DNA of 64,000 nucleotides from Escherichia coli (GTDB lineage Bacteria; Pseudomonadota; Gammaproteobacteria; Enterobacterales; Enterobacteriaceae): NCBI RefSeq assembly GCF_001677475.2, contig NZ_CP015229.1; one strand, 5' to 3'. Shown piece by piece: positions 55,291 to 64,000 of this stretch (position 1 is its first letter; each line of letters starts with the position of its first letter). The notes under the pieces were generated by a model. It saw only the letters and a program-made list of their open reading frames with translations, ran no database searches and was not told where the DNA came from. The position numbers and the translations under genes were made by a program.

Positions 55291-58131
55291 CCGCGATTTT
55301 CTGACCCTCTCGGCATATACCGTCAGCGTCTGTTTTATCACATCCAGCGTTACCGGCTTCGACAGGCAGCTGTCCATACCGGACTCCAGACACCGCTGCT
55401 TCTCTTCAGCCAACGCATTAGCAGTTACTCCGATTACCGGCAACGTCAGTCCCAACTGACGAATGCGTTGCGTCAAGCGGTAACCATCCATATTTGGCAT
55501 GTTGACGTCGCTAAGCACGATATCAATATTATTCTTGCTAAGTACATTAAGCGCATCGACGCCATCATTCGCGGTTTTACATTGATAGCCCAACGATCCC
55601 AACTGATCTGCCAGAAGACGCCGGTTAATCGGATGATCATCCACGACCAGAATCATCATATCGTCGTTATCGCTGACCGCTTTGTCCGTCGACGGCAGAG
55701 CGTTAGCAGGATCATCGCTCTCCATCTCGATCAAATAAATACGCGCCAACAATGCCGGTAGCTCATGCGGGGCAGCCACACTGTGTACCCACTCCCCTGG
55801 CGCTTTCTCCAGCGGAATACCAATATGGCGACGACAGAAGGTCACTACCGCTCTACCCTGCCATTTTTTACTCACTACCTCGTCAGTAATTAACACATCT
55901 TCGGGAGTCGGTTCCTGCCCTTCGTATGTTGTAACGACGATGCCGCTGCGCTGCAAACTGGTTTCCAGGAACTGACAGAGCGACGCATTGCGGACCGCCA
56001 GCCAGCAGCGTTTACCACTCAACCCTTCCACGCCTTTTTTCTGCGGGTACTGAGCGCCGTACAACGGAATACGCACGGTAAACTGGCTGCCCATTCCCGG
56101 TTCTGAATCTACCGAGATATCGCCGTCCATCATGCTGATCAGTTTTTCACAAATCGCCAGACCCAGACCGGTCCCCTGGAAGTTACGCTGTACGCCCGTT
56201 CCGACCTGGAAGAAGGGATCAAACAAGCGCACCACTTCTTTCGCCGGAATCCCCACGCCGGTATCGCGAACACGGATAGAGAGATAATCGCCATCAGCGC
56301 GAACATGCAAAACTATACAGCCGGTATCGGTGAATTTTATGGCGTTACTCAACAGATTGGAGATGACCTGCTGTAAACGCATCGGGTCGCCATTTAAGGC
56401 CACTGGCACATCCGGTTCAATAAAGCAGTACAAGCCTAGCTGCTTGCGTACCACCAGCGGTAAATAGTTGGCGGTGATGTGGTTCATCACTTCACGCGGT
56501 GAAAACTCACGCGGTTCGATCTTCAACTGTTCCGATTCAATCTTCGAGAAGTCGAGAATATCGCTGATAATTTTCAACAACAGACTGGAAGAGTTGTTCA
56601 TTGCCGTCACAAGACGATCGACGCCTTTCGGTAACTCTTTGGTTTGCAACAGATCCAGGTTACCGATAATGCCATACAGCGGCGTTCGCAGCTCATGACT
56701 GACGGTGGCAAGGAACATCGATTTTGACTGGCTCGCCTGTTCCGCTGCTTGTGCCATCTCCTGCAACGACTCTTCCATCTTCACGCGCGAAGAAACATCC
56801 ACCAGCACACAAATGGCCACGTTTTCATTACGATAGCGCGAATGGACGAAGCTGATTTGCAGATTGGTATTGTTGCTGGTCAGGACATCAACAAAATTGA
56901 CCTGCTGCCCACAGATAATTTGCGTCAGTCGTTGGCGATCCTCATGCGTAAGCATATTGAGATAGGTATGCGCCAGTTCGTTACTTAAAATATTGACGCC
57001 ATCAGCGGTACGTAAAATGCAGATACCTACTGGCGCGGAGGCGACAATCTTGCGATTAAACTGCTCATGTTCTTCCAGTCGCAAGGCGTCGCTTTCCGCC
57101 GGAATGAAAATACGCCGCTCGTACATCCGCGCGAGAGTAAACAATGCAGCTCCGGCAAGCACATTCAGCAAAATTGCGTTAAGGATCAACATGCGAATGC
57201 GTTCCAGCACCTTATCAACCGGCACCGAATAAACGATGCTTAGCGATGAGGGTGGCAGATTTTTCTTCAGCACCAGCTCCCGGAACCCTTCCGTATAGCC
57301 AAACCAGGAGCGTTCCTGCATCCAGCGAGGATCGCCCTTAATTTTACTTTCTGGTCCGGTAAGCGAAATCAGGGTATGACCATTTTCATCCAGAATGGTA
57401 ACCCCCATCGGCAACGTACCCGGTAAGAAAAAGTTCTCCATCCGGATGGTCTGCTCGACACCCAAAAGCGCCTGCAACCGGTTTGCCAGATAAACTGGCG
57501 TCAACGCGTAAAAATACCCGACGCCAGGGCGCGGACCTTCGCTGATCCAGAAGAGGTTACTGCCGCTATCATCTTGTGGTGCATTTCGATATTTATTGAT
57601 GCGTTCATGCAAAGCTTTCAACGCGGTATCGCGTTCCACTGGCATATCACGCAGACCGAAATTGGCCATGCAAAGGTTATCGCTGCCGATTAAAAATACC
57701 CGGTTGAGATCGTAAGCCGCAGAGAAATTATCGCGCCAGTAGCGCATAAACCACGCCAATGACTCCAGAGAGCCTCGCCAGGTGTTACTCATTGCGGAAC
57801 AATCGGAGTCGGCAAACAGCGGTTCAAACGCAGGCACATCCGCCTGCGTTTCTCGTCCACGCGGGGAAAGCACACCGTTTTCTGCCGATAAGCGATTTTC
57901 AGCTATGTACTTCAGCTCTTTCATCACATCAGAGGTACGTTGAATAAAGCGCTGAGCCTGATCGGAACTCAGATTAAATTCCTGACGAATTTCCGATTCT
58001 CGCTGATGTAACGCATTCACGATGTAAAAAACGGATGAAAAAGCAATCAACAGCCAGAGCACTAACGCCAATGCTCTGAACATGTAGCGCGAGGCTTTCA
58101 GGGTTGTACGAAAAGAAGCAAGGTATTTCAA
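55282..58131 (-). CDS. rcsC: hybrid sensor kinase RcsC
   Basis: 949 aa; HisKA/HATPase then receiver domain. Confidence 0.95.
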   Translation of the reverse strand: MKYLASFRTTLKASRYMFRALALVLWLLIAFSSVFYIVNALHQRESEIRQEFNLSSDQAQRFIQRTSDVMKELKYIAENRLSAENGVLSPRGRETQADVPAFEPLFADSDCSAMSNTWRGSLESLAWFMRYWRDNFSAAYDLNRVFLIGSDNLCMANFGLRDMPVERDTALKALHERINKYRNAPQDDSGSNLFWISEGPRPGVGYFYALTPVYLANRLQALLGVEQTIRMENFFLPGTLPMGVTILDENGHTLISLTGPESKIKGDPRWMQERSWFGYTEGFRELVLKKNLPPSSLSIVYSVPVDKVLERIRMLILNAILLNVLAGAALFTLARMYERRIFIPAESDALRLEEHEQFNRKIVASAPVGICILRTADGVNILSNELAHTYLNMLTHEDRQRLTQIICGQQVNFVDVLTSNNTNLQISFVHSRYRNENVAICVLVDVSSRVKMEESLQEMAQAAEQASQSKSMFLATVSHELRTPLYGIIGNLDLLQTKELPKGVDRLVTAMNNSSSLLLKIISDILDFSKIESEQLKIEPREFSPREVMNHITANYLPLVVRKQLGLYCFIEPDVPVALNGDPMRLQQVISNLLSNAIKFTDTGCIVLHVRADGDYLSIRVRDTGVGIPAKEVVRLFDPFFQVGTGVQRNFQGTGLGLAICEKLISMMDGDISVDSEPGMGSQFTVRIPLYGAQYPQKKGVEGLSGKRCWLAVRNASLCQFLETSLQRSGIVVTTYEGQEPTPEDVLITDEVVSKKWQGRAVVTFCRRHIGIPLEKAPGEWVHSVAAPHELPALLARIYLIEMESDDPANALPSTDKAVSDNDDMMILVVDDHPINRRLLADQLGSLGYQCKTANDGVDALNVLSKNNIDIVLSDVNMPNMDGYRLTQRIRQLGLTLPVIGVTANALAEEKQRCLESGMDSCLSKPVTLDVIKQTLTVYAERVRKSRES

Positions 58132-58297
58132 AGGGGCGAAGCTCCGCCTCAGGTGACCGATGGAGTGTGGTTAAGGTAGCGGTAAAAGCGTGTTATCGCA
58201 ATGTTCTCTCTTCTCTGGAATATGATACACCGCCGAGAAATCATCACCTTAACCTCTGATAATCGTCATATACCGGACAAGACTAGTGGATTTCAGC

Positions 58298-60124
58298 ATG
58301 CATTATATGAAGTGGATTTATCCACGCCGCTTACGCAATCAAATGATCCTGATGGCAATCCTGATGGTCATTGTCCCAACGCTTACTATTGGTTATATCG
58401 TAGAAACGGAAGGACGTTCAGCAGTCTTATCTGAAAAAGAGAAAAAACTTTCTGCCGTGGTCAACCTGCTTAATCAGGCGCTAGGCAATCGCTACGATCT
58501 CTACATCGACTTACCGCGTGAGGAGCGTATCCGCGCATTAAATGCAGAACTTGCCCCCATTACCGAAAATATCACTCACGCCTTCCCTGGCATCGGCGCT
58601 GGTTATTACAACAAAACGCTGGATGCGATAATCACCTACGCGCCTTCAGCGCTATATCAGAATAATGTGGGCGTTACCATTGCCGCAGATCACCCTGGTC
58701 GCGAAGTCATGCGTACAAATACCCCTTTGGTTTATTCAGGCAGGCAGGTGCGCGGCGATATTTTGAATTCAATGATCCCCATTGAGCGTAATGGTGAAAT
58801 CCTCGGCTATATCTGGGCCAATGAATTAACCGAAGATATTCGCCGCCAGGCCTGGAAAATGGATGTGAGGATTATCATTGTGCTCACCGCCGGTTTGCTG
58901 ATAAGCCTGCTGTTGATTGTCCTTTTCTCCCGTCGCCTGAGCGCCAATATAGATATCATCACCGATGGCCTCTCGACTCTGGCACAAAATATTCCCACTC
59001 GATTACCACAATTGCCCGGTGAAATGGGGCAAATCAGTCAGAGTGTTAACAACCTCGCCCAGGCACTGCGTGAAACGCGGACACTTAACGATCTGATTAT
59101 TGAAAACGCTGCCGATGGCGTCATTGCCATCGACCGCCAGGGTGATGTAACCACCATGAACCCAGCAGCAGAAGTCATCACTGGCTATCAACGTCATGAA
59201 CTGGTAGGGCAGCCTTACTCCATGTTGTTCGACAATACTCAGTTCTATAGTCCAGTACTGGATACGCTGGAACATGGCACCGAACATGTGGCGCTGGAGA
59301 TCAGTTTTCCAGGCCGTGACCGCACCATTGAACTCAGTGTCACTACCAGTCGTATTCATAACACGCACGCTGAAATGATAGGTGCTTTGGTGATTTTCTC
59401 TGATTTAACTGCCCGCAAAGAAACCCAGCGCCGCATGGCGCAAGCAGAACGCCTCGCCACACTGGGTGAGCTGATGGCTGGCGTGGCGCATGAAGTCCGT
59501 AATCCGCTGACGGCTATTCGTGGTTATGTACAGATCTTGCGCCAACAAACCACTGACCCAATACATCAGGAATATCTGTCCGTAGTAATCAAAGAAATCG
59601 ACTCAATTAACAAAGTCATTCAGCAATTGCTCGATTTTTCACGTCCACGCCACAGTCAATGGCAACAAGTCAGCCTCAATGCATTGGTTGAAGAAACTCT
59701 GGTACTGGTACAAACCGCCGGCGTACAAGCGCGGGTCGACTTCATAAGCGAACTGGATAATGAATTAAGCCCGATTAACGCCGATCGTGAACTGCTCAAA
59801 CAGGTACTACTGAATATCCTGATCAATGCCGTCCAGGCTATCAGTGCACGAGGGAAAATTCGCATTCGAACCTGGCAGTACAGCGACTCACAACAGGCCA
59901 TTTCGATAGAGGACACCGGCTGTGGCATTGATCTCTCGCTGCAAAAAAAGATCTTCGATCCCTTTTTCACCACCAAAGCCTCAGGAACCGGGCTTGGTCT
60001 GGCGTTAAGTCAACGCATCATTAATGCCCATCAGGGTGATATTCGCGTCGCCAGTTTGCCGGGCTACGGCGCAACCTTCACGCTTATTTTACCGATCAAC
60101 CCACAGGGAAATCAGACTGTATGA
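58298..60124 (+). CDS. atoS: sensor histidine kinase AtoS
   Basis: 608 aa from MHYMKWIYPRRLRNQM; PAS and HisKA (GVAHEVRNPL). Confidence 0.93.
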   Translation: MHYMKWIYPRRLRNQMILMAILMVIVPTLTIGYIVETEGRSAVLSEKEKKLSAVVNLLNQALGNRYDLYIDLPREERIRALNAELAPITENITHAFPGIGAGYYNKTLDAIITYAPSALYQNNVGVTIAADHPGREVMRTNTPLVYSGRQVRGDILNSMIPIERNGEILGYIWANELTEDIRRQAWKMDVRIIIVLTAGLLISLLLIVLFSRRLSANIDIITDGLSTLAQNIPTRLPQLPGEMGQISQSVNNLAQALRETRTLNDLIIENAADGVIAIDRQGDVTTMNPAAEVITGYQRHELVGQPYSMLFDNTQFYSPVLDTLEHGTEHVALEISFPGRDRTIELSVTTSRIHNTHAEMIGALVIFSDLTARKETQRRMAQAERLATLGELMAGVAHEVRNPLTAIRGYVQILRQQTTDPIHQEYLSVVIKEIDSINKVIQQLLDFSRPRHSQWQQVSLNALVEETLVLVQTAGVQARVDFISELDNELSPINADRELLKQVLLNILINAVQAISARGKIRIRTWQYSDSQQAISIEDTGCGIDLSLQKKIFDPFFTTKASGTGLGLALSQRIINAHQGDIRVASLPGYGATFTLILPINPQGNQTV

Positions 60125-61506
60125 CTGCTATTAATCGCATCCTTATTGTGGATGATGAAGATAATGTTCGCCGTATGCTGAGCACCGCTTTTGCACTACA
60201 AGGTTTCGAAACACATTGTGCGAACAACGGACGCACCGCATTACACCTGTTTGCTGATATTCACCCTGACGTGGTGTTGATGGATATCCGCATGCCAGAG
60301 TTGGACGGCATCAAGGCACTAAAGGAGATGCGCAGTCATGAGACCCGGACACCCGTTATTCTGATGACGGCCTATGCTGAAGTGGAAACCGCCGTCGAAG
60401 CACTACGCTGCGGAGCCTTCGACTATGTTATCAAACCGTTTGATCTCGATGAGTTGAATTTAATCGTTCAGCGCGCTTTACAACTCCAGTCAATGAAAAA
60501 AGAGATCCGTCATCTGCACCAGGCACTGAGCACCAGCTGGCAATGGGGGCACATTCTCACCAACAGCCCGGCGATGATGGACATCTGCAAAGACACCGCC
60601 AAAATTGCCCTTTCTCAGGCCAGCGTCTTGATTAGCGGTGAAAGCGGCACCGGGAAAGAGTTGATTGCCAGAGCGATTCACTACAATTCGCGGCGGGCAA
60701 AGGGGCCGTTCATTAAAGTCAACTGCGCGGCGCTGCCGGAATCGTTGCTCGAAAGTGAACTGTTTGGTCATGAAAAAGGTGCATTTACTGGTGCACAAAC
60801 CTTGCGTCAGGGATTATTTGAACGTGCCAACGAAGGTACTCTGCTCCTCGACGAAATTGGCGAAATGCCGCTGGTACTGCAAGCCAAATTACTACGCATT
60901 CTGCAGGAACGGGAATTTGAACGGATTGGCGGCCATCAGACCATAAAAGTTGATATCCGCATCATTGCTGCCACCAACCGTGACTTGCAGGCAATGGTAA
61001 AAGAAGGCACCTTCCGTGAAGATCTCTTTTATCGCCTTAACGTTATTCATTTAATACTGCCGCCTCTGCGCGATCGCCGGGAAGATATTTCCCTGTTAGC
61101 TAATCACTTTTTGCAAAAATTCAGTAGTGAGAATCAGCGCGATATTATCGACATCGATCCGATGGCAATGTCACTGCTTACCGCCTGGTCATGGCCGGGA
61201 AATATTCGAGAGCTTTCCAACGTCATTGAACGCGCCGTCGTAATGAACTCAGGTCCGATCATTTTTTCTGAGGATCTTCCGCCACAGATTCGTCAGCCAG
61301 TCTGTAATGCTGGTGAGGCAAAAACAGCCCCTGTCGGTGAGCGTAATTTAAAAGAGGAAATTAAACGCGTCGAAAAACGCATCATTATGGAAGTGCTGGA
61401 ACAACAGGACGGAAACCGAACCCGCACCGCTTTGATGCTGGGCATCAGTCGCCGTGCATTGATGTATAAACTCCAGGAATACGGTATCGATCCGGCGGAT
61501 GTATAA
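60121..61506 (+). CDS. atoC: sigma54-dependent response regulator AtoC
   Basis: 461 aa; receiver, AAA+ (GESGTGKE, GAFTGA), C-terminal HTH. Confidence 0.95.
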   Translation: MTAINRILIVDDEDNVRRMLSTAFALQGFETHCANNGRTALHLFADIHPDVVLMDIRMPELDGIKALKEMRSHETRTPVILMTAYAEVETAVEALRCGAFDYVIKPFDLDELNLIVQRALQLQSMKKEIRHLHQALSTSWQWGHILTNSPAMMDICKDTAKIALSQASVLISGESGTGKELIARAIHYNSRRAKGPFIKVNCAALPESLLESELFGHEKGAFTGAQTLRQGLFERANEGTLLLDEIGEMPLVLQAKLLRILQEREFERIGGHQTIKVDIRIIAATNRDLQAMVKEGTFREDLFYRLNVIHLILPPLRDRREDISLLANHFLQKFSSENQRDIIDIDPMAMSLLTAWSWPGNIRELSNVIERAVVMNSGPIIFSEDLPPQIRQPVCNAGEAKTAPVGERNLKEEIKRVEKRIIMEVLEQQDGNRTRTALMLGISRRALMYKLQEYGIDPADV

Positions 61507-61700
61507 CACCAAAACTTGCTATGCAGAAATTTGCACAGTGCGCAATTTTCTGCATAGCCAATCATCCTCCTTCTTAATCCACACCTTATTTATTCTTTTA
61601 TATTCAATCAGTTAAAAACAACATCAAATATTCTCATTCTGGCACTCCCCTTGCTATTCCCTGACTGTACCCACAACGGTGTATGCAAGAGGGATAAATA

Positions 61701-62363
61701 ATGAAAACAAAATTGATGACATTACAAGACGCCTCCGGCTTCTTTCGTGACGGCATGACCATCATGGTGGGCGGATTTATGGGGATTGGCACTCCATCCC
61801 GCCTGGTTGAAGCATTACTGGAATCTGGTGTTCGCGACCTGACATTGATAGCCAATGATACCGCGTTTGTTGATACCGGCATCGGCCCGCTCATCGTCAA
61901 TGGTCGAGTCCGCAAAGTAATTGCGTCACATATCGGCACCAACCCGGAAACAGGTCGGCGCATGATATCTGGTGAGATGGACGTCGTTCTGGTGCCGCAA
62001 GGTACGCTAATCGAGCAAATTCGCTGTGGTGGAGCTGGACTTGGTGGTTTTCTCACCCCAACCGGTGTCGGCACCGTCGTAGAGGAAGGCAAACAGACGC
62101 TGACACTCGACGGCAAAACCTGGCTGCTTGAACGCCCACTGCGCGCCGACCTGGCGCTCATTCGCGCTCATCGTTGCGACACACTTGGCAACCTGACCTA
62201 TCAACTTAGCGCCCGCAACTTTAACCCCCTGATTGCCCTTGCGGCTGATATCACGCTGGTGGAGCCAGATGAACTGGTCGAAGTCGGCGAGCTGCAACCT
62301 GACCATATTGTCACCCCTGGTGCCGTTATCGACCACATCATCGTTTCACAGGAGAGCAAATAA
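61701..62363 (+). CDS. atoD: acetate CoA-transferase alpha subunit AtoD
   Basis: 220 aa; CoA-transferase family I subunit A. Confidence 0.94.
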   Translation: MKTKLMTLQDASGFFRDGMTIMVGGFMGIGTPSRLVEALLESGVRDLTLIANDTAFVDTGIGPLIVNGRVRKVIASHIGTNPETGRRMISGEMDVVLVPQGTLIEQIRCGGAGLGGFLTPTGVGTVVEEGKQTLTLDGKTWLLERPLRADLALIRAHRCDTLGNLTYQLSARNFNPLIALAADITLVEPDELVEVGELQPDHIVTPGAVIDHIIVSQESK

Positions 62364-63013
62364 TGGATGCGAAACAACGTATTGCACGCCGTGTGGCACA
62401 AGAGCTTCGTGATGGTGACATCGTGAATCTGGGCATTGGTCTGCCGACGATGGTCGCCAACTATTTGCCAGAAGGCATTCATATCACTCTGCAATCGGAA
62501 AACGGCTTCCTCGGTTTAGGCCCGGTCACGACAGCGCATCCAGATCTGGTTAACGCAGGCGGACAACCATGCGGCGTTTTACCCGGCGCAGCCATGTTTG
62601 ACAGCGCCATGTCATTTGCGCTGATCCGTGGCGGTCATATTGATGCCTGCGTGCTCGGTGGTTTGCAGGTAGACGAAGAAGCCAACCTCGCGAACTGGGT
62701 AGTGCCTGGAAAAATGGTGCCCGGTATGGGTGGCGCGATGGATCTGGTGACCGGGGCGCGCAAAGTGATCATTGCCATGGAACATTGCGCCAAAGATGGT
62801 TCACCGAAAATTTTGCGCCGCTGCACCATGCCGCTCACTGCGCAACACGCGGTGCATATGCTGGTCACTGAACTGGCTGTCTTTCGTTTCATTGACGGCA
62901 AAATGTGGCTCACCGAAATTGCCGACGGGTGTGATTTAGCCACCGTGCGTGCCAAAACCGAAGCTCAGTTTGAAGTAGCCGCCGATCTGAATACGCAACG
63001 GGGTGATTTATGA
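62363..63013 (+). CDS. atoA: acetate CoA-transferase beta subunit AtoA
   Basis: 216 aa; overlapping start/stop with atoD. Confidence 0.94.
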   Translation: MDAKQRIARRVAQELRDGDIVNLGIGLPTMVANYLPEGIHITLQSENGFLGLGPVTTAHPDLVNAGGQPCGVLPGAAMFDSAMSFALIRGGHIDACVLGGLQVDEEANLANWVVPGKMVPGMGGAMDLVTGARKVIIAMEHCAKDGSPKILRRCTMPLTAQHAVHMLVTELAVFRFIDGKMWLTEIADGCDLATVRAKTEAQFEVAADLNTQRGDL

Positions 63014-64000
63014 TTGGTCGCATCTCGCGTTTTATGACGCGCTTTGTCAGCCGGTGGCTTCCCGATCCTCTGATCTTTGCCATGTTGCTGACGTTGCTAA
63101 CGTTCGTGATCGCGCTTTGGTTAACACCACAAACGCCGATCAGCATGGTGAAAATGTGGGGTGACGGTTTCTGGAACTTGCTGGCGTTCGGTATGCAGAT
63201 GGCGCTGATCATCGTTACCGGTCATGCCCTTGCCAGCTCTGCTCCGGTGAAAAGCTTGCTGCGGACTGCCGCCTCCGCCGCAAAGACGCCCGTACAGGGC
63301 GTCATGCTGGTCACTTTCTTCGGTTCAGTCGCTTGTGTCATCAACTGGGGATTTGGTCTAGTTGTCGGCGCAATGTTCGCCCGTGAAGTCGCCCGGCGAG
63401 TACCTGGCTCTGATTATCCGTTGCTCATTGCCTGCGCCTACATTGGTTTTCTCACCTGGGGTGGCGGCTTCTCTGGCTCAATGCCTCTGTTGGCTGCAAC
63501 ACCGGGCAACCCGGTTGAGCATATCGCCGGGCTTATCCCGGTGGGCGATACTCTGTTCAGTGGTTTTAACATTTTCATCACTGTGGCATTGATTGTGGTG
63601 ATGCCATTTATCACCCGCATGATGATGCCAAAACCGTCTGACGTGGTGAGTATCGATCCGAAACTACTCATGGAAGAGGCTGATTTTCAGAAGCAGCTAC
63701 CGAAAGATGCTCCACCGTCCGAGCGACTGGAAGAAAGCCGCATTCTGACGTTGATCATCGGCGCACTCGGTATCGCTTACCTGGCAATGTACTTCAGCGA
63801 ACATGGCTTCAACATCACCATCAATACCGTCAACCTGATGTTTATGATTGCGGGTCTGCTGCTACATAAAACGCCAATGGCTTATATGCGAGCTATCAGC
63901 GCGGCAGCACGCAGTACCGCCGGTATTCTGGTGCAATTCCCCTTCTACGCCGGGATCCAACTGATGATGGAGCACTCCGGTCTGGGCGGACTCATTACCG
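63010..64000 (+). CDS. atoE: short-chain fatty acid transporter AtoE (5' partial, runs off window)
   Basis: ATG 63010 overlapping atoA stop; MIGRISRFMTRFVSRWLPDP..., open to window end. Confidence 0.88.
   Translation, partial: MIGRISRFMTRFVSRWLPDPLIFAMLLTLLTFVIALWLTPQTPISMVKMWGDGFWNLLAFGMQMALIIVTGHALASSAPVKSLLRTAASAAKTPVQGVMLVTFFGSVACVINWGFGLVVGAMFAREVARRVPGSDYPLLIACAYIGFLTWGGGFSGSMPLLAATPGNPVEHIAGLIPVGDTLFSGFNIFITVALIVVMPFITRMMMPKPSDVVSIDPKLLMEEADFQKQLPKDAPPSERLEESRILTLIIGALGIAYLAMYFSEHGFNITINTVNLMFMIAGLLLHKTPMAYMRAISAAARSTAGILVQFPFYAGIQLMMEHSGLGGLIT

Overview
Enterobacterial (E. coli-type) chromosomal window. The backbone is ordinary and syntenic with the K-12 49-50 min region: pdeN(rtn)-yejABEF-yejG-bcr-rsuA-radD(yejH)-rplY-yejK-yejL-yejM-proL, then yejO (intact), narP, ccmHGFEDCBA, napCBHGADF, eco, mqo, yojI, alkB-ada, apbE, ompC/micF, rcsD-rcsB, rcsC and atoSC-atoDA-atoE (partial). 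The accessory region is an ~11-kb phage-satellite island (PICI/P4-like) inserted at the 3' end of tRNA-Pro (proL), spanning 15602-26613 and bounded by a 17-bp direct repeat. It carries a P4-type integrase, AlpA, a primase/helicase followed by a TGTTCACC iteron origin, a lambda-type cos site with a Nu1-like small terminase, and homologues of the lambda capsid proteins E and D. No portal, protease, scaffold or large terminase is present. The most unusual items are: an SSB-like gene whose +1 frame restores a canonical ...IPF tail at an A6-AGG context; the capsid E+D pair on a satellite; a small repressor-like gene flanked by operator repeats; three dyad repeats in a convergent intergenic gap; and a (GGCT)11 microsatellite. 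No recognisable multi-gene defence system was found. All homology statements are from recall of protein families and from reading the sequence; no database search or structure prediction was run. ORF-track starts that use GTG/TTG were moved to a downstream ATG where the known protein N-terminus indicated it.
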